DNA of 64,000 bases from the NCBI GenBank assembly GCA_017864995.1, contig GCA_017864995.1_4097.1; one strand, written 5' to 3'. This DNA comes from a phage. The position numbers were made by a program, and so were the translations under genes. Under the pieces are notes generated by a model. The model made no database searches. It was not told where the DNA came from and worked only from the letters and a program-made list of their open reading frames with translations. Shown here piece after piece: positions 1 through 12,740 of the stretch; position 1 is the first letter of the stretch, and each line of letters starts with the position of its first letter.

Positions 1-102
1 ATCATCGCACTAGAAAAGAAACTACGAGGTGATGTGACAAAAAATGATTCACCCACTGTAGTAAATACAAAGAAAAAAAATAACGTAGTGGAGTTGGATT
101 AA
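1..102 (+). CDS. 3' end of an upstream ORF (partial, runs off window start)
   Basis: frame 1 open from position 1 to TAA at 100-102, overlapping next start as TAATG. Confidence 0.3.
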   Translation: MIALEKKLRGDVTKNDSPTVVNTKKKNNVVELD

Positions 103-407
103 TGGACGCAGATAAATCAAACAGTATTCTTATTGATGTACAAACGAAGTTATTAGATGTTATGGAAATCATCAAAGATTTACCACAAGGATATCAGTTT
201 AAAGTTCGTGAAATGTTATCTTGTGCAGAAACGGTTGTGTCTATGTACAATGATGTGCAGCATGGAATTATCCCTGAAATTCTTCAAGATGGTCTAAATA
301 TTAACACAAAGATTCCAGCACAAGAGCCTGAAGAGGTTGTTCAGCCTGAACCAGAACCTCCTATACGTAAAGTACTGGATCTATCTGGGATTAAAATTAA
401 CATCTAA
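102..407 (+). CDS. hypothetical protein (101 aa)
   Basis: ORF track; tightly packed with neighbours; acidic C-terminus. Confidence 0.5.
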   Translation: MDADKSNSILIDVQTKLLDVMEIIKDLPQGYQFKVREMLSCAETVVSMYNDVQHGIIPEILQDGLNINTKIPAQEPEEVVQPEPEPPIRKVLDLSGIKINI

Positions 408-431
408 AAAATACAATCAATAGGAGAAGTA

Positions 432-581
432 ATGAGTAATCAAAAAATCGACTTAGTAGTAAAACTTCAAGAGATTCAAGCACTAGCTAAAGACCTTGAT
501 GAAAAACATGCAGCAGCAGTTGATTCACTGTGTGCAACAATCCTGACTGTTTTTACAGATTACGAAAAGAAATCTGATTAA
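432..581 (+). CDS. small hypothetical protein (49 aa)
   Basis: ATG 7 nt after TAGGAGAAGTAA SD (same SD context as sigma gene at 18673); followed by terminator hairpin at 594-621; below the ORF-track size cutoff. Confidence 0.45.
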   Translation: MSNQKIDLVVKLQEIQALAKDLDEKHAAAVDSLCATILTVFTDYEKKSD

Positions 582-593
582 ACATTACTTTAT

Positions 594-621
594 GCCCAGT
601 CTAGTACTGGGTATTTTTTTT
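594..621 (+). terminator. rho-independent terminator
   Basis: hairpin CCCAGT-CTAGT-ACTGGG followed by a run of 9 T. Confidence 0.6.
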
Positions 622-632
622 AAGGAAATAAA

Positions 633-1025
633 ATGACTGAATCAGAACTACACGAAATGATAGATTTCATTTATGAAATGGTGCAAGATAAAAATAACAT
701 TAATACAATTACTACTGGACCAAGACAAATTGGTAACCAAATGACATATTCGTTGTCCTTATGGTTACACCCGAACTTCAAGGTTGATTGTTTGTATTTT
801 CGTCCTGATATTGATGCTTATTATTTTGTAAATCATGATGCATTAATGAAACCAAATAAGCGTCCAGTTGATGATGCCTTTGTGACGCACCCATTTTATC
901 TGGCTGATTCCGAAGAAGATGAGTTTCAAAAGAACACAACGTTAAGCCCAGGTGAAATTTGCATCCCTTACACACTAAAAGATAAAATGATTTACATCAC
1001 AGAAGTTATGAAAACATGCTGGTAA
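633..1025 (+). CDS. hypothetical protein, member of EE-x-FQ-x-S motif family
   Basis: ORF track; C-proximal motif SEEDEFQKNTTL shared with 10 other ORFs in the window. Confidence 0.6.
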   Translation: MTESELHEMIDFIYEMVQDKNNINTITTGPRQIGNQMTYSLSLWLHPNFKVDCLYFRPDIDAYYFVNHDALMKPNKRPVDDAFVTHPFYLADSEEDEFQKNTTLSPGEICIPYTLKDKMIYITEVMKTCW

Positions 1026-1073
1026 GTGCAATGAAACTCTGATATAATACAAATAATGATAATAGGAGGATAT

Positions 1074-1292
1074 ATGAAATTTATTAATTTTGATATTTCT
1101 AAGGTCAAAGAATTATTTGTAAGAAATGCAGTTTATGATATCATGTTACATAACGGTACTGTACAAGAAGATGTTGTATTGTTTTCGTTTGATGGTGAAA
1201 ATCTCGAAACTATATATAAATTCAGCAACTTAGATGGTGACTTTTGGGAAACCAGTGCTGTTAAAATGTATAGAATTAAAAAGGAGCATTAA
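1074..1292 (+). CDS. hypothetical protein
   Basis: ORF track frame; start moved to ATG 1074, 4 nt after AGGAGG. Confidence 0.5.
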   Translation: MKFINFDISKVKELFVRNAVYDIMLHNGTVQEDVVLFSFDGENLETIYKFSNLDGDFWETSAVKMYRIKKEH

Positions 1293-1293
1293 T

Positions 1294-1782
1294 ATGCCAA
1301 TTCGTGGTGTACCAGAACCATTAATGGAAGTTATTAAGCATGTTCGCATTGGAGATCGAGAAGTTAATCTTCGCCGTAATAACATTTTTTACTTTAAAAC
1401 TTCAGAAATGAGTTCTGTACAGATTGTCATTGGTACATCTATTAAGATTACTCGTGTACTTGATGGTAGTACTGACTTCGTTGAATATAATGTACTTACT
1501 AATAAAGTAACGCATATATATAAATGGAGTGGGTATAAAACTATTAAGTATGAATTTGACTTAGCTAGAACTGAAGAAGAACGATTTATGCTGAGTACTA
1601 TCAATCCAGCAAACTATCCTGACCTTGATGCATTTTTGCTAATTTTAAAATTGTATAATGAAGCAAATCAGAAAGCCAAAGATTATGATAGAATCATGTA
1701 TGAACGCCGAAAAGAACGTGCACAAAAAAGTTATGATCTGTATGATAGCCCATACGTGAAATATAGTAAGGGGTCGAAATGA
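1294..1782 (+). CDS. hypothetical protein, EE-x-F motif family member
   Basis: ORF track frame; start at ATG 1294 after AAAGGAG; motif TEEERFMLSTI. Confidence 0.55.
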   Translation: MPIRGVPEPLMEVIKHVRIGDREVNLRRNNIFYFKTSEMSSVQIVIGTSIKITRVLDGSTDFVEYNVLTNKVTHIYKWSGYKTIKYEFDLARTEEERFMLSTINPANYPDLDAFLLILKLYNEANQKAKDYDRIMYERRKERAQKSYDLYDSPYVKYSKGSK

Positions 1783-2183
1783 ATAAAGAAGTTCAAATTA
1801 TCATAACTCCACCTATACAAAGTCTGGATGTATCCATTAGTGATTTTTTGGAAAAATACTATGAATGGTTTAATGAAGATTCAGTAATTTATAACCATTC
1901 ATTACCTGATGGTTTCGTTGAGCTTATTGAATTAAATGCAAAATCACTATACTTCTGTGTTGAATACAATGATTATATGACAGATGAAGCATATCGTTTT
2001 CGTTGTACATTGTATCCTAACCATTTTTCCATTGGTTATAAAGACTATCAGTACTGCACCACAAACTATAGTGTAGAGGAAGAATTTCAGTACAATTTAC
2101 TTTATCCTGATTTAGATTATACGATTGCAGTACTGTTGACTAAAATCATGGATTTTTATAAAGATAAATATAATGCAGCCTAA
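1779..2183 (+). CDS. hypothetical protein, EE-x-FQ motif family member
   Basis: ATGA start/stop overlap with upstream gene; motif VEEEFQYNLL. Confidence 0.55.
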   Translation: MNKEVQIIITPPIQSLDVSISDFLEKYYEWFNEDSVIYNHSLPDGFVELIELNAKSLYFCVEYNDYMTDEAYRFRCTLYPNHFSIGYKDYQYCTTNYSVEEEFQYNLLYPDLDYTIAVLLTKIMDFYKDKYNAA

Positions 2184-2358
2184 GACATTTGATGAGTGGT
2201 TTAATCTACACTATAATATAAATGCAGCAGATATATACTATTTTAAGCTTGAATTGTATATATCATTGCGTAACCCAATTGAGTACTATAACAACATTAT
2301 CAATTGTGATGATTTTGGTACATATTTTAGTATAGCAGTCATGGACAAAATAAGATGA
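2173..2358 (+). CDS. hypothetical protein (61 aa)
   Basis: ORF track; overlaps neighbours by a few nt. Confidence 0.4.
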   Translation: MQPKTFDEWFNLHYNINAADIYYFKLELYISLRNPIEYYNNIINCDDFGTYFSIAVMDKIR

Positions 2359-2525
2359 CACACAAAGAATGGTTAGATGAACTAAAATTTAAACATAATC
2401 CTTTTGGTTTTGGTATACGCCAAGGTCATTATGATGTGTTAAAAGATAAACAACTTTTCAAATCATTTGTACTTGATGAGGATAGTAATCACTGGTACAT
2501 CTATGAGCTTGCAATTAGGAAATAG
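2355..2525 (+). CDS. small protein MTHKEW... (56 aa), paralogue of the MTHEEWM mini-ORFs
   Basis: ATGA overlap with upstream stop; N-terminus MTHKEWLDEL resembles the three tandem ORFs at 3859-4345. Confidence 0.45.
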   Translation: MTHKEWLDELKFKHNPFGFGIRQGHYDVLKDKQLFKSFVLDEDSNHWYIYELAIRK

Positions 2526-2535
2526 AAGATATAGT

Positions 2536-2884
<349 letters not shown>

Positions 2885-2897
2885 CGAGGAATCCAAA

Positions 2898-3095
2898 GTG
2901 ACTAAAGCAGAACTTGTAGCATTATTGGAATCATATCCCGATGATGCATGTATTGAAGTTGTTCATAGTGCGAGACATTTTGACATTGAAGATGTAGTAC
3001 GTTATAATGACAAAGGTGTACTCATCATGGAACTATGTATTGGTGAAATGAAAACTGTACCCGAATCAGAAAAACGTAAAAATAGTAAACCGTAA
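2898..3095 (+). CDS. hypothetical protein (GTG start)
   Basis: ORF track; GAGGA SD upstream. Confidence 0.45.
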   Translation: MTKAELVALLESYPDDACIEVVHSARHFDIEDVVRYNDKGVLIMELCIGEMKTVPESEKRKNSKP

Positions 3096-3105
3096 GGAAA
3101 ATAAA

Positions 3106-3324
3106 ATGGAATCTACTCTATTAGAAGTTATTAACTCATTAAACGCTGGCGACAATGTTCAAGTACTCCTTCAGGGATACCGTGTAAAAGGTTCAGTAGT
3201 TTTAGTTAATGACACCACTGTTGTTGTAACTGAAACTAACCCGTTTGACAGTAATGAACTTGCTAATATCCATATTGATATTAAAAGTATTATTGGTGTT
3301 GGTGTAACTAAACCACAAGAATAA
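3106..3324 (+). CDS. hypothetical protein
   Basis: ORF track; AGGAAAATAAA-ATG context. Confidence 0.5.
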   Translation: MESTLLEVINSLNAGDNVQVLLQGYRVKGSVVLVNDTTVVVTETNPFDSNELANIHIDIKSIIGVGVTKPQE

Positions 3325-3327
3325 CAA

Positions 3328-3618
3328 TTGTTATTGGGGATTACTATGCATTTTGAAAAATTCAATACAAATCGTAACACACGCATTGACGTTCTTTATG
3401 AAACACAAGACACAATAAGCATTCGTACACGTAGTGGTGATGTATATCATGACTGTACTATTGGTTGGGAACAGGGAAGAACACGTAGTGCAGAATTCGA
3501 TAACTATCGCTTCTACCAAGGGGACACCACAATCTGGCCTGAAGACGTAGAAGATATTGCGATTGAAGATGAACATAAAGATGAATTTATAAAATTTAAT
3601 CCCGAAACCGAATCATAA
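3328..3618 (+). CDS. hypothetical protein
   Basis: ORF track; true start may be ATG 3346. Confidence 0.45.
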   Translation: MLLGITMHFEKFNTNRNTRIDVLYETQDTISIRTRSGDVYHDCTIGWEQGRTRSAEFDNYRFYQGDTTIWPEDVEDIAIEDEHKDEFIKFNPETES

Positions 3619-3632
3619 ATATTGGGACAGAC

Positions 3633-3751
<119 letters not shown>

Positions 3752-3756
3752 AAATC

Positions 3757-3856
<100 letters not shown>

Positions 3857-3858
3857 CC

Positions 3859-4019
<161 letters not shown>

Positions 4020-4023
<4 letters not shown>

Positions 4024-4180
4024 CACATGAAGAATGGATGAATGACATTAATTTTAGATATTCGGGTATCGGTAAATGGCTAAAGTATCATTGGGAATTC
4101 ATTTCAGAGCCACATCTGTATGATAAACTTATCAACGATCCAGCATATGAAATGTACTTAATTGAACTACTGGTACGAAC

Positions 4181-4184
<4 letters not shown>
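4020..4184 (+). CDS. mini-protein MTHEEWM family, copy 2 (54 aa)
   Basis: as copy 1; about 75% identical to copy 1 by eye. Confidence 0.5.
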
Positions 4185-4352
<168 letters not shown>

Positions 4353-4353
4353 G

Positions 4354-4807
<454 letters not shown>

Positions 4808-4835
4808 GTATCTTAATAACAGAAGGTATATTGAA

Positions 4836-5075
4836 ATGAGTAAGTATTTTGTGAGTTATAGTTATAATGTATCACAAAAGGTTCCACGTGGTGATGGAAT
4901 GGGCTGGTCATATGATACATATACTTTAAATGAGTCATGTATCATCGAATTGCAAGAAAAAGACCTTGACATTTTAAAAATCAAACAATATATTCTTGAT
5001 GTTGAATTGGCACATCGTACCGACAACTGTCCAGATGTAAACAACGTCAACATCTTAGTACTAACCAAAGTATAA
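4836..5075 (+). CDS. hypothetical protein
   Basis: ORF track frame; start at ATG 4836 downstream of the promoter. Confidence 0.5.
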   Translation: MSKYFVSYSYNVSQKVPRGDGMGWSYDTYTLNESCIIELQEKDLDILKIKQYILDVELAHRTDNCPDVNNVNILVLTKV

Positions 5076-5081
5076 GATAAA

Positions 5082-5115
<34 letters not shown>

Positions 5116-5470
5116 GAATTCCACAATCAGACGTATATGGTGTAAGTTACGTCGATGTAATCCAGAACAAGATCTCTGGTACTCTAGGAAGTGGTGAATG
5201 TTAACCTAGACGGGTTTGATAATTGGACGATAGGCAATTATTACTTGACTAGCAGGTTTAAACTAGAGGTGACAGTCCTTTACCAAACTGGAAAACCGGA
5301 TGGACTTTTATTTAAAAGGGTAAGGCGTGGAAATATGTTTACAGTAGTTGCTTTTAGTAGCCTGTACGCCCCACGTCAAGGTAGCCGAAAGGCAAGTTAA
5401 AACGGGTGGTTATAAAGCTGAATTAACAGCGGCGTTTAAAAGCGTCACCATCCATTTTTTTAATTAAAGT
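5116..5470 (+). ncRNA. candidate structured non-coding RNA or long leader transcribed from promoter 5085-5113
   Basis: about 350 bp between promoter and next SD with no SD-preceded ORF; GNRA-like CGAAAG hairpin GGTAGCCGAAAGGCAAG; ends in T-run at 5453-5461; ORF-track ORF 5191..5400 has no SD. Confidence 0.3.
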
Positions 5471-5477
5471 TGGTGAT

Positions 5478-6297
<820 letters not shown>

Positions 6298-6310
6298 ATA
6301 GGAAATTAAA

Positions 6311-6496
6311 GTGCAACTTTTAATTCTTTCAATATTGTATATTATTATAATGGTTCCGATATCAATACGTTTAATTACACTTGAACGATTTTTATCGAAA
6401 CATGGAAATAGATCTATGATCTTTGTACCAATCGGGTTGATATTGTTTGGTATATTTTCATTTATAATGGGAATTAACGCTACATTCATTTCATAG
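6311..6496 (+). CDS. small hydrophobic protein (GTG start)
   Basis: ORF track; hydrophobic segments. Confidence 0.4.
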   Translation: MQLLILSILYIIIMVPISIRLITLERFLSKHGNRSMIFVPIGLILFGIFSFIMGINATFIS

Positions 6497-6505
6497 GAAA
6501 CAAAT

Positions 6506-7036
<531 letters not shown>

Positions 7037-7081
7037 GATTCCCGATTCAGTAGCTTATAAAGCAGTTCCGTGTGTGCCTAT

Positions 7082-7173
<92 letters not shown>

Positions 7174-7192
7174 AGAGGTACTTCGAGTATGC

Positions 7193-7318
<126 letters not shown>

Positions 7319-7320
7319 TA

Positions 7321-7523
<203 letters not shown>

Positions 7524-7574
7524 GCCTCCCCTCAATGCGAAAGAGTATGGAGACTTGTTGGTTATCTTACTTCT

Positions 7575-7657
<83 letters not shown>

Positions 7658-7660
7658 TCA

Positions 7661-7733
<73 letters not shown>

Positions 7734-7750
7734 CAAAATAAAGGTACACT

Positions 7751-8167
7751 ATGAAATACAACATTGTTAAAATGGTGAACTACGTATTAAAAAACAACGC
7801 ATGGTCACTGCATGATGTACAATTAGAAGATATTGGTGAAGTTAGAGTTTTTTGCTATGATGGCGATTTGAACGAAACCACTGATTTGAGTAAATGTTTT
7901 AATATTTTTCTTGGTTATGAAATCAATAATCATTTTTATTCATTTGATGTGTATTTTGAACGAGTTAAAATCAGAATTGCTAATGTAAATAGTGATTATT
8001 ATGACACTAGAATTGAATTGAATTTTGACGATATTGATACTGAAGAAAAATTCTTTCAGTACTGTCTCGTAAACGATCCAAATGGATTGACATTTGAGGA
8101 CATTAAAGCTATACTTATAGTTCAAAGATTAATTCCAGAAGAGGTTCTAAATCCCTTTAATGACTAG
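7751..8167 (+). CDS. hypothetical protein, EE-x-FQ motif family member
   Basis: ORF track; motif TEEKFFQYCLVNDP...RLIP; paralogue of 8160..8519. Confidence 0.6.
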   Translation: MKYNIVKMVNYVLKNNAWSLHDVQLEDIGEVRVFCYDGDLNETTDLSKCFNIFLGYEINNHFYSFDVYFERVKIRIANVNSDYYDTRIELNFDDIDTEEKFFQYCLVNDPNGLTFEDIKAILIVQRLIPEEVLNPFND

Positions 8168-8519
8168 TTTAATAACTCGTATAATGCAAGATGTTCGTAA
8201 GAATCTTCATACTGGTAATTTTGATGATCCTAACATAAAAATATTATGTTATGATGGATTCACCCTAGTACATCCATCAGAATCTAATAATTTATACATA
8301 GTATATACTTCTCCTAATCTTTTGTATCGATTTGATTTATATACTACAATGGCTAAGATAACATTAGGTGTTTCTAAGGAGCCAATTTTTATAGCAGTAC
8401 GTGATTTTGAGTACACAGAAGAGTCATTATTCCAGTACTCAATGATAAATGACATTGGTGACTTGACATTAGAAGAGATAAATGTTATAGTTGGTATCTG
8501 TCGTTTGATTAATCCATAA
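8160..8519 (+). CDS. hypothetical protein, EE-x-FQ motif family member
   Basis: ORF track; motif TEESLFQYSMINDIGD...RLINP. Confidence 0.6.
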   Translation: MTSLITRIMQDVRKNLHTGNFDDPNIKILCYDGFTLVHPSESNNLYIVYTSPNLLYRFDLYTTMAKITLGVSKEPIFIAVRDFEYTEESLFQYSMINDIGDLTLEEINVIVGICRLINP

Positions 8520-8532
8520 CTCGGAGCTTAAT

Positions 8533-8724
8533 ATGTTTTTGAATTTGTTATGCTTATTTGGTCGTACATTGGTTCTTGCTATTATTCATACACCTGGTAT
8601 TCGTAATTATGTTTCTTATGAATTTAAGAAAAATTACCACAACAATACTGAAGTTCGTGCAACTAAGATGTGCAAAGACTTCAATGGAGATGTTCCACCA
8701 TTCAAGAAGTACGAGGATGAATAA
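8533..8724 (+). CDS. hypothetical protein
   Basis: ORF track; preferred over overlapping 8558..8746 because its stop abuts the next start. Confidence 0.4.
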   Translation: MFLNLLCLFGRTLVLAIIHTPGIRNYVSYEFKKNYHNNTEVRATKMCKDFNGDVPPFKKYEDE

Positions 8725-9008
8725 TGGAATTTATTGTTGCACCTGATGAACTAAAAACATTCACGTTCCGAGACAATAACAATTATCCTTATACAAATCA
8801 TTCATTGAATTCATTGCATGTTATTTCAATCATTGCATCTGAATACAGAGACAATCCATGTATTGATTTTAAAACCACTGATGGTGAATATACATGGGTA
8901 GTTCCGAACGATAAATACAGTTATCAGGGTGCAGTAGAGATCCGCGACTCGATTCTAAAGCAAATCGAAGATGGACATACTCATCCTAAACTAAACATTC
9001 AGTACTGA
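8724..9008 (+). CDS. hypothetical protein
   Basis: ORF track; AGGATGAATA-ATG context. Confidence 0.5.
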   Translation: MEFIVAPDELKTFTFRDNNNYPYTNHSLNSLHVISIIASEYRDNPCIDFKTTDGEYTWVVPNDKYSYQGAVEIRDSILKQIEDGHTHPKLNIQY

Positions 9009-9021
9009 AATCGTTTAACCG

Positions 9022-9076
9022 GATAGCTTCTAGTCGGTACTGAATTCCTCCTTTTGTCTAGAAGCTATCACTCTTT
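9022..9076 (+). terminator. large hairpin, probable terminator
   Basis: 12-bp stem GATAGCTTCTAG / CTAGAAGCTATC, then T-rich tail. Confidence 0.4.
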
Positions 9077-9167
9077 TAAAGTATAATGATATCACCCTCA
9101 TGGTTCATTATATTCGTTACCCTCTAACAGTATCTTTTTATTCCTCTTTGATACTGTATTTTAGAAG

Positions 9168-9197
9168 TTGACATTTTTACTTCTACTGTGTTATACT
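9168..9197 (+). promoter_or_regulatory. sigma70-like promoter
   Basis: TTGACA - 18 nt - TATACT. Confidence 0.4.
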
Positions 9198-9247
9198 TAA
9201 GGCTGATTCATTATGAATCGGCCTTTTTTCTTGTGGGGATTAATGTA

Positions 9248-9664
9248 ATGAATAAAGAAGTTATTAGTTTAATGGATGAGTATATCAACCAAACATATCG
9301 TTTTATATTTTTTAATGCATTTGAGTCCAGGACAACGTATCATTCTGGTGAATATGAGATAATAACTGGATCATTTCTTAACGGATACATGGAGTTTTTA
9401 GAACAAAGCGATAATGTTTTCATTTCCATATCTGAAAAACATGGTGATGATTATGTTATTGATGTATGGCCTAATAAAGTAGAGATTGACACTACAAAGA
9501 AAATTGTAATTGATGTGGACGAATCATTGTATGATTTAACTGAAGATATGTATATGCAACTAAATTTCGTATACGATCTAACTAACATAAGTTATTCTAA
9601 TCTAAGTAAATTATTTTATATTTGTGGTGTACTACATAAAAACGTACAACAAAATAAAGGATAA
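9248..9664 (+). CDS. hypothetical protein
   Basis: ORF track frame; start at ATG 9248. Confidence 0.5.
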   Translation: MNKEVISLMDEYINQTYRFIFFNAFESRTTYHSGEYEIITGSFLNGYMEFLEQSDNVFISISEKHGDDYVIDVWPNKVEIDTTKKIVIDVDESLYDLTEDMYMQLNFVYDLTNISYSNLSKLFYICGVLHKNVQQNKG

Positions 9665-9736
9665 ACATTTAAATGTTGACAATTGACAACATAAATGGTA
9701 TCTTTGAAATTGCCAGAACCCTACGAGGAAGATGAT

Positions 9737-10144
9737 ATGGTCAAAATTTTAAGTGACAATGCGGTTGATATTGTCATTGATGTACTTGAAAACAGTAATA
9801 CATTTGAGAAGAAACACAGTACTGTATACTTCGGTAAAGATTGTTGGCTGAACTATATATCTGATAATTCGTTTGTAATTCGTGTTGAAACGGGTGATAT
9901 TGGATTTACGGTACATGCGGCACATACCAAAACTGATAAACAAATCACTGTTATTGCTGACACGCCAAGTATCTGGGATAGAATTGATGATTGTGAACAC
10001 TACACGTCAACATTATATGATACAGAAGAAGAACATTTCATGGATAGTACTGTTAAAGAATTAGCTATTCCATTTAAACTTATGAAAGCAGCAAGAGATT
10101 TTATTTTAAAATACAAAAAAATAGGAGTTGATGATGCAATTTAA
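9737..10144 (+). CDS. hypothetical protein, EE-x-F motif family member
   Basis: ORF track frame; start at ATG 9737 after GAGGAAGATGAT; motif TEEEHFMDSTV. Confidence 0.55.
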   Translation: MVKILSDNAVDIVIDVLENSNTFEKKHSTVYFGKDCWLNYISDNSFVIRVETGDIGFTVHAAHTKTDKQITVIADTPSIWDRIDDCEHYTSTLYDTEEEHFMDSTVKELAIPFKLMKAARDFILKYKKIGVDDAI

Positions 10145-10580
10145 TGGTAAGGTTTCTAAAGTAGGTTTAGTTTTTGAAAATTGTGAGTTCATTGAGATTG
10201 ATGTAAAGAATGTTTTATGGATGCATATTGCTGACGAGAAAACTCTTTGTAGTCGTTTTTCCAACGGTCTAACTATTAGTACTGGTATTGGTGAGTTTGG
10301 TATCGCATTACGTAGTGACACACCATCTGATTTCATGGATAACTCAACACTGCTAGAACGTTTAAAAATGCGTGACGTTACACACGTTTATCTATATGAT
10401 ACTAACGGTGTTGAACAGCGTTATGTAGTTGAATGGGCTAATTATAACCTTAGTGATCAATATTCAGTAAACCAGCGTGTTCAACTCACCCCTGGTGGTA
10501 ATATTGTGTTTGTTAGTTCAACTGGTAAATTAATCAGTGTAGATGATGAAAGTATTGATCTATTCACTTCATATAACTAA
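10134..10580 (+). CDS. hypothetical protein
   Basis: ORF track frame; ATG 6 nt after TAGGAG. Confidence 0.5.
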   Translation: MQFNGKVSKVGLVFENCEFIEIDVKNVLWMHIADEKTLCSRFSNGLTISTGIGEFGIALRSDTPSDFMDNSTLLERLKMRDVTHVYLYDTNGVEQRYVVEWANYNLSDQYSVNQRVQLTPGGNIVFVSSTGKLISVDDESIDLFTSYN

Positions 10581-10591
10581 TACGAGATAAT

Positions 10592-11011
10592 ATGAAAACA
10601 ATCAAAACACATTTCAAAGATACATGGACAGAAGTAAGTACTGGTAATATTCAAGATATTTTATACAGTACTGAAACTATTCATGTCTATGATGAAGAGA
10701 CAGCCGCCGAGCAGTTAAAGGCATTGCATCGTAGTGTAGGTGAACACACCGAGTACGGTGTCAAACATACTCGTGAATTGGTAAGTACTGATCATATTGA
10801 CACCCGCACTGTAAATCTATCAAAAGAAGAAATGTTTGATTTTATTCTAAACAATACTTTAACAATTCAACCAGATGGATCACTATACAGTAAAACAGAT
10901 GGTACACAAGTTAGTAAAAAGTACAATGTGACCATCAATGATACGGTGATGTCTGGATATGATTTAGTTGATGCAATCAACGAGTACGTTTCTATGCAGA
11001 GGTTGAAATGA
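10592..11011 (+). CDS. hypothetical protein
   Basis: ORF track. Confidence 0.55.
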   Translation: MKTIKTHFKDTWTEVSTGNIQDILYSTETIHVYDEETAAEQLKALHRSVGEHTEYGVKHTRELVSTDHIDTRTVNLSKEEMFDFILNNTLTIQPDGSLYSKTDGTQVSKKYNVTINDTVMSGYDLVDAINEYVSMQRLK

Positions 11012-11373
11012 TTAATCTGATATATTTTACAATTATTTGTTGCATTACTATTGTACTTTGTCGTCTAATTCATGTATACTCATATCATAAAGCGTTGAGA
11101 ATCGAACAAGAGATTTACAACGAAAACCGTGAGCCAGAGCCAGAGAAGCTACCCCGCTCACCATATGCATTGAAGCGTGAGATGCATTCGGAGAGTAAGA
11201 AGTGGGGTTATGCAATAACCAAGCATGGTTATATCTACACTGCTGCAAATGGCTATTTTCAAATTCACCATGATCTTTCAGTTGCGATTGGAATTTTATG
11301 GGAAATGGAGGATATAGGTGGTTATGAGCGTACTAAATTCCCAAACTTACAAAATGATCCAGGAACTTCATGA
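11008..11373 (+). CDS. hypothetical protein with N-terminal hydrophobic segment
   Basis: ATGA overlap with upstream gene; N-terminal hydrophobic stretch. Confidence 0.5.
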   Translation: MINLIYFTIICCITIVLCRLIHVYSYHKALRIEQEIYNENREPEPEKLPRSPYALKREMHSESKKWGYAITKHGYIYTAANGYFQIHHDLSVAIGILWEMEDIGGYERTKFPNLQNDPGTS

Positions 11374-11527
11374 AGAACATGATATAATTGTAGATGTAGA
11401 AAAGAAGGAAGTTGTTATGAAGAAGCAAGCATACCGCATCTTAGACAACTTCTATCTTAAGGCATTTATAATGAAGTTCTGTGCAGACGAGCACTTAACA
11501 GGACGTGTTATACGCAAGGAGTCGTAG
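11354..11527 (+). CDS. hypothetical protein
   Basis: internal ATG of ORF 11318..11527 chosen to reduce overlap. Confidence 0.35.
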   Translation: MIQELHEEHDIIVDVEKKEVVMKKQAYRILDNFYLKAFIMKFCADEHLTGRVIRKES

Positions 11528-11869
11528 ATGGACATGAGTTCAACAATTCAGTACTTGAGCGAGAATTTTGTCAAAATCATTTCACGTGGTGGTATGATTG
11601 TGCATCCTGAAACTGAAGATATGTATATCATTCGTTTTGATGCAAATTCTTATGATCAAGTACTTGTTGTTTCGAAATTAGTAGGTTATAATGAAGTCGT
11701 TCAGTTCTGCTGTACCGAGTTCGGTATCTATATTAAAGATGCAGAAACCAATGAGATTTCACATTATTTTTATCACACACTGATGGGTACTAAAGATTTT
11801 GGATTGAAATTCAATGATTTAGTACAATGTCACTATATGTTTAAAACATACCCAGCATCTGGGAAATAA
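11528..11869 (+). CDS. hypothetical protein
   Basis: ORF track; AGGAGTCGTAG-ATG context. Confidence 0.5.
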   Translation: MDMSSTIQYLSENFVKIISRGGMIVHPETEDMYIIRFDANSYDQVLVVSKLVGYNEVVQFCCTEFGIYIKDAETNEISHYFYHTLMGTKDFGLKFNDLVQCHYMFKTYPASGK

Positions 11870-11880
11870 GGAGTAACAAT

Positions 11881-12696
11881 ATGAGCAACATTTTCTTCAA
11901 AACCATTTCCTTCAAAAAAGAATCTTACTCTTACGCTTATGTAGATGGTAAAGTACTCAATATCGTTCTAGATGGTGTTGATGTACCTGTTCAATTTACC
12001 AGTCACCAAGAAGCGATTGAGGGTGCTCAAGAGCTTAACAGCTTACTAAATGGTATTGAGAAGAAACCTGAAGTTAAATCTGACCTTGATTTATTGGTTG
12101 ACAAAATTAAAAGTGGTGAACTATTATCAATTCTAGACCAGTGTAATGAAAAATTACGTGGTGTTGTTGGTGATGTACGTACTACAGTTCAAGATCGTCT
12201 ACTTGAGCAAGCATTCAAAGAAGTTACTAAGAAAACTGAAGAACGTGTTGAAGGTATGATTAAAAACATTGATGACGTTCTCACTCATATGTTCACCAAG
12301 CCATACGAATCAAGTACTGATTCTGAAGAGAAACAAGAAGAACCAGTAGAACGCACCAAGCCATCTATTGTTACTAAAGTTAAACATAGTTTTGGTTCAC
12401 TGGATGATGTATTTGGCTTTACAAATGTACGTGTTAGTACTGATGAAAAGCCAGAAGTTGATGAAATGCTAATTGGTGACATGACCACTGGTCAACTCAA
12501 AAAAGAGATTGATACCTTTGTTAATGAACTAATTAGTTCTGAACGTGCTGAAAATATGTTTAGCAGTATTTCAGCTAACTTCGGTAAAGAAGCAACTGAG
12601 CAAGCAGTACAGGCATTCAAAGATTTGATTTACACTGTCGCAATTGCTAATCCAGAACAAACACTGGAAGAAGTTCTACGTAAAAACTTCAAATAA
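11881..12696 (+). CDS. hypothetical acidic protein (271 aa)
   Basis: ORF track; AAGGAG SD 6 nt upstream. Confidence 0.6.
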   Translation: MSNIFFKTISFKKESYSYAYVDGKVLNIVLDGVDVPVQFTSHQEAIEGAQELNSLLNGIEKKPEVKSDLDLLVDKIKSGELLSILDQCNEKLRGVVGDVRTTVQDRLLEQAFKEVTKKTEERVEGMIKNIDDVLTHMFTKPYESSTDSEEKQEEPVERTKPSIVTKVKHSFGSLDDVFGFTNVRVSTDEKPEVDEMLIGDMTTGQLKKEIDTFVNELISSERAENMFSSISANFGKEATEQAVQAFKDLIYTVAIANPEQTLEEVLRKNFK

Positions 12697-12712
12697 GATA
12701 TAGATAAAAGAA

Positions 12713-12739
12713 AAGCCACTACATTGTAGTGGCTTTTTT
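12713..12739. terminator. bidirectional terminator between convergent genes
   Basis: hairpin AAGCCACTAC-ATT-GTAGTGGCTT with A-run upstream and T-run downstream. Confidence 0.65.
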
Positions 12740-12740
12740 G

